Below are positions 8,733-15,120 of a DNA stretch of 36,433 nt, one piece after another. Source of the stretch: a virus (lineage: Duplodnaviria; Heunggongvirae; Uroviricota; Caudoviricetes); the IMG/VR virus record IMGVR_UViG_3300033075_001761. One strand, written 5' to 3'. A model generated the notes under the pieces. That model did no database searches, was not told the origin of the DNA, and was given only the letters and a program-made list of their open reading frames with translations. The position numbers and the translations under genes were made by a program. Position 1 is the first letter of the stretch; every line of letters begins with the position of its first letter.

Positions 8733-9590
8733 ATGCCAAAATTAAACACGGAAGACGATCTAGCTATTTCTGAATTATATAAAGAAGGAAAAAATTTTAA
8801 CGATATTTTAAGAATTACAGGAGCTGGAACTTATAGAGTAAAAAGAGCTTTAAACAAGTATTCAGTTCCAGTAAGAGAAAATAAAAAAAGAAAGATTCTT
8901 TCACTAGAACAAAGAAAAGAGCTTTGTAACTTATACGTTTCTGATTCTCATAGCTTTCAAGATCTTATGGTAAAATATGACGTTTCTTCGATTGTAGTTA
9001 CAGGATGTCTAAAGGAGTTTGGTCTTAAGGCCAAAAGACATGGCTTTTCTAAACTCAAAAAAGACTCTGTTAAATTCAAAAATATATTAAAAGATTTTTA
9101 CGAATTAAAAACATTTTCTGGGTTAGCTAAAAAATATGGCGTTTCTAGAGATGCGATAACACAAGCATTGAAGTTGCACGGATTATCAGAGGAACAAATC
9201 CTAATGGATTCTATGTTTTCTTTTAAAAAAGAAGATGGTTCTATTATATATATGAGGTCTGATAATGAAGTGATATTTGCAGAAAACCTTAAAAACGCAG
9301 AATTGCATTGGAAGTATGAAGCATTTTCTATTCAATTAGATGAAAAATCTTTTTACACTCCAGATTTTTGTATATATGATAGAAATGAAAAACCAAGATT
9401 TTTGATTGATTGCAAATCAAAAAGGGCAACATTTAGATTTAAAAATCATAACGGAAGAAAAAGTTCTTCAGATGAGGATATTCGTTCCATCATTACAAAA
9501 TCATTCCCAGGGTCTGAGTTTATAATAGTTCTTCCTGACCATCCACATATTATCGTAGCGGGCATTAAATCAATTTTGTCTTATAAATAA
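8733..9590 (+). CDS. Free-standing putative homing endonuclease: three HTH-like repeats plus a PD-(D/E)xK (TnsA-like) nuclease domain
   Basis: Three ~45-aa repeats (e.g. FSGLAKKYGVSRDAITQALKLHG). C-terminal YMRSDNE...WKYE...YTPDF...LIDCKS. Markedly more AT-rich than the flanking sheath gene and inserted between the sheath and tube genes. Confidence 0.75.
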   Translation: MPKLNTEDDLAISELYKEGKNFNDILRITGAGTYRVKRALNKYSVPVRENKKRKILSLEQRKELCNLYVSDSHSFQDLMVKYDVSSIVVTGCLKEFGLKAKRHGFSKLKKDSVKFKNILKDFYELKTFSGLAKKYGVSRDAITQALKLHGLSEEQILMDSMFSFKKEDGSIIYMRSDNEVIFAENLKNAELHWKYEAFSIQLDEKSFYTPDFCIYDRNEKPRFLIDCKSKRATFRFKNHNGRKSSSDEDIRSIITKSFPGSEFIIVLPDHPHIIVAGIKSILSYK

Positions 9591-9706
9591 AGATAATGCC
9601 AATCTGTTTTTTCATCAATATATAGGTTACGATTGAGTTGACTTTCATTTTGTAGAAATGAAACAATATGTAAGATCGTTACTTTAGATCTTTGGAGAAA
9701 TAACAC

Positions 9707-10261
9707 ATGGCACGCTCTAGTTCGACAGATTACTTTTCTAACTACAGGTTTTTGGTTGCCCTTACGGACTCCAAAGATCCTACGAACGTGAGAATTCAGG
9801 GCGGTTTTTCTACCGTAACAATGCCTGAGCTTACGCTCGAAATGATGATGTATAAAGAAGGGCAAATGGAATATGTACGAAAATTCCCTGGCAACCCTTC
9901 TTTTAATGATGTGACTTTAACTCGTGGCGTTACAAAGTCGAATACAGACTTTGAAAAATGGGTTCGCGCTGGAGCTTCTGGCCAAGAATATCGTGGCGAC
10001 ATGATTATTTACTTGGTTCATAGGGACCAGTTTGTAGCCTCAGACAATTCTGATACAAACAACTCGGCTGACGCTAATGGTTATAAGAAGCTTGCCGGAT
10101 ACAATGCAGGGCTTCGTATTTCTATGAAAAATGCGTTTGCCACTAGAGTTAAATTTGGATCTGACATGGATGCACAAGGGAACGAAGTGTCTATGGAAGA
10201 AATCGACGTTGCGTATGAGTATGCAACGATTGAAAAGGGTAGTTTTAGCATCGCTCAATAA
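9707..10261 (+). CDS. Tail tube protein 1 (T4 gp19/Afp1-like family)
   Basis: YRFLV...GGFSTVTMPELTLE...YKEG...RKFPG...FNDVTLTRGV...FEKW...DMDAQGNEVSMEEIDVAYE. Confidence 0.93.
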   Translation: MARSSSTDYFSNYRFLVALTDSKDPTNVRIQGGFSTVTMPELTLEMMMYKEGQMEYVRKFPGNPSFNDVTLTRGVTKSNTDFEKWVRAGASGQEYRGDMIIYLVHRDQFVASDNSDTNNSADANGYKKLAGYNAGLRISMKNAFATRVKFGSDMDAQGNEVSMEEIDVAYEYATIEKGSFSIAQ

Positions 10262-10282
10262 ATCTAATTGAAAGAGGATTGT

Positions 10283-11857
10283 ATGAAGCTGACAGATAGG
10301 GAAATTGCAGAAATTGCTATGAGTATTGGCAACAAACCATTGGAAATGGGCGGTCTTCAGCTTCGTGCTCCTATTCAAATGGAGGCAGGGAAAGCTTCGA
10401 TAGAAATGGACCGAATGAATGCTATTGTTGAATCACACACCGGAATTTCTACAAAGACTGGAAAAAACATTTCCAAAGTTATTGTTGAAGCTAAGGAAGA
10501 GAAGACTGAAAAAGATTTGATGGAAAGCATCCGTTCGCGAGATGAAGAAGCTGTTCGCAAGAGTGCTTTGGCTAAAAAAGCTAAGCAATTGCTCTCTGAA
10601 GGCAAGCGATCTGAAGCCGAGAAGATTGCAGAAATTCTCAGGGGAGAGCCTAAAAAGGTTTTAAAAGTAGATCCTAAAAAGAATCTTACTGAAGAAAAAT
10701 CAGAGCTTCGTATGTTGAAAACTTATCAAGTTGTAACTCCTGAAAGTTCCAAAGAAGGCGCTCCTTCTGAAGAGGGGGAAGAGTTTGATAAAAGGTTTTC
10801 TTCCGTAGAAGATATTGCCGATGCAATTCGTGATGACGGCTCTGTAGAGTATTCTGAGGCCCCTATTAAAGCGCCTTTTACAGGGTGGTTTACAACAACG
10901 GATGGAGTTGTTGATTATGACGATGGAAGCGAAACAACCTATGAATTCCATCCTCAAGGGTTGAGCCAAGAGCAATGGGTTGAATTGTTCAAAAGGCTTG
11001 GAAGCCTTGTTTATGGCAACCCTTATAAAATGGTTCCTGGAGAGTTTGATGAAGTTGAAGAAGCTAAGGAGTTGCATCCAGCAGAAGCTCATCAAAAAAA
11101 GATCGCCATTGAGACTGTCAAGAACCCTTCCAAGGAGCTTCTTGGTGGGATGAGTGCATCAGAGGCGGAAATGCTTTTGAAGAAGAAGTTTGGAATGAGC
11201 GAAAAAGAAATTGAAAAGCTTAAAGAAGGATGTTCTAAAAAAGCTTCTATAAAAGAAGCCGAGTCAGCAGTTGGTCCAGAAGATTTTGAAAAGGCTTTGG
11301 CAGATGTTTATGGAGCCGAGCGTGCTTTGATTAGCCTATGGAAGAAGTCTGGGTCTTCTAAGCAAGTTGGACGTGTGCATGACCATGTTATGCAAGCGTT
11401 GCGTATGCTTCAGAGCTTTAAGAAAACAGGGCTTAAAGAGTCCGCTTTGATGAATCAGCGCAAGGACACGCCTTACGATGTTTCTACGGAAGAAGGCGCA
11501 AAGCTCTTTAAAGAAATTCGTAAATTTTATGACCACAGAATGGTTAAAGCTCAGGTTCGATGGTTTGATAAGCATGGCGGCGAAGGAATGGTTCGACTTA
11601 TGCAAGGGCCTTTGAAGGGTTCTACTGTTTATGTTCATGGAATGGCGCTTGGCGGAGATTTAAAAGGCCAAGGAGTTTCGTTTGAGCCTAAGGATGGAAT
11701 GGACGTTTCTGTTGAGCTGATGGTTGAGCCTACATGGATGCAAATTTCAAAAATGAAGCCAGCAGCAAAAACAGAGGGGTGCGCTCCTTCTGTGAAGAAA
11801 GAGTCGATCTTGAAAGACCGTGCAGCATTTTTTGAAAAGTGTAAAAAAAAAGCTTAG
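10283..11857 (+). CDS. Large Glu/Lys-rich hypothetical protein with a C-terminal cold-shock-like (OB-fold) domain
   Basis: Start revised to the ATG at 10283 (GAGG RBS at 10274-10277). VKAQVRWFDKHGGEGMV...VYVHGMAL...PKDGMDVSVEL aligns with the CSD consensus GTVKWFN..KGFGFI...VFVH.S.L...EG..V.FE. Confidence 0.8.
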   Translation: MKLTDREIAEIAMSIGNKPLEMGGLQLRAPIQMEAGKASIEMDRMNAIVESHTGISTKTGKNISKVIVEAKEEKTEKDLMESIRSRDEEAVRKSALAKKAKQLLSEGKRSEAEKIAEILRGEPKKVLKVDPKKNLTEEKSELRMLKTYQVVTPESSKEGAPSEEGEEFDKRFSSVEDIADAIRDDGSVEYSEAPIKAPFTGWFTTTDGVVDYDDGSETTYEFHPQGLSQEQWVELFKRLGSLVYGNPYKMVPGEFDEVEEAKELHPAEAHQKKIAIETVKNPSKELLGGMSASEAEMLLKKKFGMSEKEIEKLKEGCSKKASIKEAESAVGPEDFEKALADVYGAERALISLWKKSGSSKQVGRVHDHVMQALRMLQSFKKTGLKESALMNQRKDTPYDVSTEEGAKLFKEIRKFYDHRMVKAQVRWFDKHGGEGMVRLMQGPLKGSTVYVHGMALGGDLKGQGVSFEPKDGMDVSVELMVEPTWMQISKMKPAAKTEGCAPSVKKESILKDRAAFFEKCKKKA

Positions 11858-12315
11858 ATGAGGCTGGTTTTCTAGATAAGATCAAGTCGTCAATTGAAAA
11901 TCCTGCAAAGTTTAAAAAGCTTGGGCAGGATTTAAAATTTAGCCAAGCAAAAAACTCTAAAGATACATTTGTATATCCTCAATATATAAGTGCATGCCCT
12001 GATAAACTTACTGAAAAAGAGCAGCTTAAAAAAATTGATAGTTTTGTTAAGGAACAAAAAATAACAGAACCTACCCATGAGGTTTTCTTTAGCCCATCAG
12101 AAAATGGGGAAGATATTTTTGTAAATGTAAAAATAATAGATCCAAATGTGAAGGCATCAGAAGTTAAGGTAGACTGCAATAAGATGTTTTCTATTTTGAA
12201 AGCATTTATAGGAAAGCTTTGTTTTGGTTCTAAGAAGAAGCCAGAGGAGCCAAAAAAGGTTGGAGATACGCCAGAAGAAACTAAACCAGTAGAAGATACA
12301 AAAGAAATTATCTGA
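11845..12315 (+). CDS. Start-less -1 frame ORF (156 codons); probable C-terminal extension of 10283-11857 via the A9 run
   Basis: Frame 1 is open from 11845 to TGA at 12313-12315 (KKSLDEAGFLDKIKSSIENPAK...KEII*). It fills the gap to tube 2 and has no ATG/GTG/TTG near its 5' end. It is not in the supplied ORF track. Confidence 0.7.
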   Translation, partial: KKSLDEAGFLDKIKSSIENPAKFKKLGQDLKFSQAKNSKDTFVYPQYISACPDKLTEKEQLKKIDSFVKEQKITEPTHEVFFSPSENGEDIFVNVKIIDPNVKASEVKVDCNKMFSILKAFIGKLCFGSKKKPEEPKKVGDTPEETKPVEDTKEII

Positions 12316-12322
12316 GGAACAA

Positions 12323-12913
12323 ATGGCAAGATCTCAAATCCAAGATTATTTAGCGGTTAACAAATTCCTTGTATTGGATGTTTCTTTAACACTTCCGCCA
12401 GTGTTGCTTCCTGTTTTTGGATTCAGATCTGTTTCTATTCCGCAACTGTCAGTTACATATAGACAGATTAAAGAGGGTAATTATGAATACCCAAGGTATG
12501 CAGGGGTAGAGAGGGCTGAAGTTAGTAATGTAACTTTGGAGCAAGGAGTGTCCATTATAAATAGTGATTTTTATGATTGGATACGGAAAGCAGTAACCGG
12601 AAATATACCAGCAAAGAATCTTTTGATTATACAGTTTCACAGGGCAGCCAACGATGCTTTAAAGGCCCAAGGAGGCATAGCTGCATTGCCTGCAACATTG
12701 TTTAGCGCACCTGTATCTGTGGCAGGGCGTTTGGCGTCTGGGTTCAATCTAGAGTTTATTTCAAGACTTCCAGGGCGCGGATACCTTTTAAAGAATTGTA
12801 GGCCCACGAGCTATAGACCTGGAACGGATTTAAATGCAGAGTCATCAGAGATAAGTATTGCTTCTCTAGAGTTGGTTGTGGAAGAGTTTGACGAATTCAG
12901 CTATGGGATTTAG
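12323..12913 (+). CDS. Tail tube protein 2/tube initiator (gp19/gp54/Afp5-like)
   Basis: KFLV...GFRSVSIPQLSV...IKEGNYEYP...NVTLEQGV...DFYDWI...LKNCRPTSY...DLNAESSEISIASLELVVE. It is a paralog of tube 1 with a ~40-aa insertion. Confidence 0.85.
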   Translation: MARSQIQDYLAVNKFLVLDVSLTLPPVLLPVFGFRSVSIPQLSVTYRQIKEGNYEYPRYAGVERAEVSNVTLEQGVSIINSDFYDWIRKAVTGNIPAKNLLIIQFHRAANDALKAQGGIAALPATLFSAPVSVAGRLASGFNLEFISRLPGRGYLLKNCRPTSYRPGTDLNAESSEISIASLELVVEEFDEFSYGI

Positions 12914-12916
12914 CAA

Positions 12917-13357
12917 ATGAATGACTTAGATAAAATGTTCAAAGAGCTTTCTGGCAGCGAGTTAAAAGAGGCTGTTGGGGATAATGCCGTAGATAACATG
13001 GTTACAGCCATGTCTAGGGTTGTTGAAGTTGAATTATCCATGTTTATTTCCAAACTTTTGGTTATGAACGTAGGAAAGTTTTCGTTCTCGTACGAAGATC
13101 CTTCTTACTTAGAATTCAAGAAAAACTTCTCAGACATTATTGCTAGATATCAAGTCATGGATGCCGAAGAAAAGGGCGATCTTTATCAAAAGATTGAAAA
13201 CATGTTTAAAGATATTTTTACAGAAAAATACGCTGCATTAGGGCCTCAGTTTGCAGAGACGACGGGAGCTTTGTATGCGCAGCAGATGGTTAATATATTG
13301 AAAAGCATGAGCATCCAGGCAAACGTTGAGCTTTATGCTCCAAAGAGAATTTACTGA
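12917..13357 (+). CDS. Hypothetical protein (146 aa)
   Basis: ORF tightly coupled to its neighbours, predicted helical, no family recognised. Confidence 0.7.
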   Translation: MNDLDKMFKELSGSELKEAVGDNAVDNMVTAMSRVVEVELSMFISKLLVMNVGKFSFSYEDPSYLEFKKNFSDIIARYQVMDAEEKGDLYQKIENMFKDIFTEKYAALGPQFAETTGALYAQQMVNILKSMSIQANVELYAPKRIY

Positions 13358-13563
13358 TGGAGCAAAAGTCTAATCGATTGGACTTGTTTGACCAAAAGGT
13401 TCGGATTAACTTCTGGCTTTCTAGAAGGCTTTTTGACGATGTGAATGATATATGTAGGGAAGAAGAAAAGAGCATCAGCGATGTGATACGCGAAGCTCTT
13501 AAGGACTACACTAGAAAATACAAGATTAAGCAAAAATCCATCGAGTCAAAGTTACAAACATAA
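13357..13563 (+). CDS. Ribbon-helix-helix (CopG/Arc/MetJ-like) DNA-binding protein
   Basis: KVRINFWLS (alternating beta-strand), RRLFDDVNDICREEE (helix A), KSISDVIREALKDY (helix B with the S.S..IR.AL motif). Confidence 0.85.
   Translation: MEQKSNRLDLFDQKVRINFWLSRRLFDDVNDICREEEKSISDVIREALKDYTRKYKIKQKSIESKLQT
13364..13385. promoter_or_regulatory. Palindromic motif copy 2 (AAAAGTC TAATCGATTG GACTT) over the 5' end of the RHH gene
   Basis: Near-perfect inverted repeat occupying approximately codons 3-10 of the RHH gene. Confidence 0.7.
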
Positions 13564-13996
13564 ATCCATTTACAGACAAAAGAATCGCATATTTTGTTAT
13601 TACTAAAATATGGCTTGGGTTATTCCAATCCGAGCAAAGACCTAAAAAGGCTAGCGGACGGAATATTAAGAAGCTCATTGTAGCAACAACCATGTATCCA
13701 GGGATTGTAATTGCATACCAAAAAAGTCTTAGTATTTGAGTGAACAGAATAAATAAGTTGATACATAGAGCCATAAGTTGACCAAAACAAAAGATTACTG
13801 ATGCCGCAAGAGGAGCTACAGTTAAACAAAATACAAGTATAAGGAACATTTTTAAAGTGGGGTCTGAAAAGCTTGAAAGAACTTCTGGCATAATAGAATT
13901 CCAAGCGCCAGTGAACAAGCCTATAGTCCACAAGACGCATTTCCAAAAAATTCCCAATAGTCCGAATAGTCCTTGGATGATTTCTGAGAAAGTCAT
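13526..13996 (-). CDS. Integral membrane protein (156 aa, several TM segments), opposite strand within the tail module
   Basis: Start revised to the ATG at 13996 (AGGAGG RBS at 14001-14006). Almost entirely hydrophobic (FGLLGIFWKCVLWTIGLF..., MFLILVFCLTVAPLAASVIF...). Confidence 0.75.
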   Translation of the reverse strand: MTFSEIIQGLFGLLGIFWKCVLWTIGLFTGAWNSIMPEVLSSFSDPTLKMFLILVFCLTVAPLAASVIFCFGQLMALCINLFILFTQILRLFWYAITIPGYMVVATMSFLIFRPLAFLGLCSDWNNPSHILVITKYAILLSVNGFMFVTLTRWIFA

Positions 13997-14149
13997 ACTG
14001 CCTCCTATATATTCATTACTCACAAGATATATATCGGGCGGTCAACGCAAAACTTTAGGTCTTTTTGGTTAGTAATTTCACTTTTTTTTGCGTAATATTT
14101 ACGTCAAGGCTAACAAAGGCTTAGCCGTTTAAATTTCAAGGAGATATCA

Positions 14150-14944
14150 ATGGATTTGAAGGAACAGCTAGAAGCTAATGCAATTACGGACAGGGAACAG
14201 GTAGACCCTGCAAAAAGTTCAATAGAATCATATATTTTACCAACTGGTCTATTAGATGATTCTGGCGTTTTGCATAAAGAAGTCATAGTAAGAGAGCTGA
14301 CAGGGAACGAAGAAGACATCTTGTCTTCAAGGAAATTTAGCATTTTCAAGAGGTTCCAGGAGGTTCTTGAAAAATGTACAATTTCAATAGGTTCTGTATC
14401 TCAGAAAGATCCTAACTGGAGTAAGTATATTTATAGTCTTCCAGTGAGTGATCGCGTTTATCTTATGCTTAAGATCAGGCAGGTTAGCTTGGGTGATAAC
14501 TATGCATTTAAAGTTGGATGCCCTTCTTGCGAAAAGGTTTCTAGCCACACAGTTAGTTTAGACAGCTTTAAGATTGATGGCATGAAAAATCCAGAAAAGA
14601 GATTTTGGGAAAGCTCTATGCCTAAGTCTGGAAAGAAATACAAAGCAAAAATTCAAACAGGCGTTGAAGAAGAAAAGATGTCAAAGTTTACGGCTGAGAA
14701 TATAGACTTTGCTAGCCTAATTCTTTTGGCAAGGCTTACTGAGATTGATGGAAAAAGTCCTGTAACACTTCAGATGGTTAAAGAGCTTTCCATGGCGGAC
14801 AGATTAGCGATTAGAAAAGATCTTGGAGAACATGAGGGAGAAATCGACAGAAGTATTGAAATTCAATGCCCACATTGTGGCCATGAATTTTCTTCAGATA
14901 TTAATATTGGCAGTGCAGATTTTTTCTTCCCTTCGGAAATGTAA
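14150..14944 (+). CDS. Tail assembly chaperone/baseplate-hub assembly protein (T4 gp26-like, two CxxC motifs)
   Basis: AAGGAG RBS. LPTG...VRELTGNEEDIL...DRVYLMLKIRQVSLG...CPSC...CPHCG...DFFF. Lies directly upstream of the TMP. Confidence 0.8.
   Translation: MDLKEQLEANAITDREQVDPAKSSIESYILPTGLLDDSGVLHKEVIVRELTGNEEDILSSRKFSIFKRFQEVLEKCTISIGSVSQKDPNWSKYIYSLPVSDRVYLMLKIRQVSLGDNYAFKVGCPSCEKVSSHTVSLDSFKIDGMKNPEKRFWESSMPKSGKKYKAKIQTGVEEEKMSKFTAENIDFASLILLARLTEIDGKSPVTLQMVKELSMADRLAIRKDLGEHEGEIDRSIEIQCPHCGHEFSSDINIGSADFFFPSEM
14920..14926 (+). other. -1 programmed ribosomal frameshift slippery heptamer T TTT TTC
   Basis: In-frame codons GAT TTT TTC give a canonical X XXY YYZ site 5 codons before the chaperone stop. 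Confidence 0.8.
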
Positions 14945-15120
14945 TTGCTCTTGAAGATCACGTCATATTTTTGGCCGAAGAATGGGGATGGTCTTATGAG
15001 ACAGTTATGTGCATTCCGTGTAGCAGAAGATACAGAATTATTGAGAGAAAAAGCTACAGAAATAGTTTAGAATTGAAACGAATGCAGGATGCGCGTAACC
15101 GTTCACGAAGGGTAAAGTAA
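14920..15120 (+). CDS. -1 frame chaperone extension (lambda GT / P2 E'-like domain)
   Basis: FFLPFGNVIALEDHVIFLAEEWGWSYETVMCIPCSRRYRIIERK...RVK*, with the LA..WGWS.E.VM..P..RR motif typical of tail-chaperone extensions. Its TAA abuts the TMP ATG at 15121. It is absent from the ORF track. Confidence 0.8.
   Translation, partial: FFLPFGNVIALEDHVIFLAEEWGWSYETVMCIPCSRRYRIIERKSYRNSLELKRMQDARNRSRRVK

Noticed and set aside
9638-9667. TTGACT plus an 8-bp inverted repeat (TTTCATTT-tgtag-AAATGAAA, 9643-9663) before the tube gene
   Set aside because: The -10 match is poor (AACAAT) and the A/T-only stem is weak and single-copy. It is noted but not called.
11979-12329. Minus-strand 116-aa ORF in the track
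   Set aside because: It is the shadow of the plus-strand -1 frame ORF 11845-12315, which fits operon orientation and composition better.
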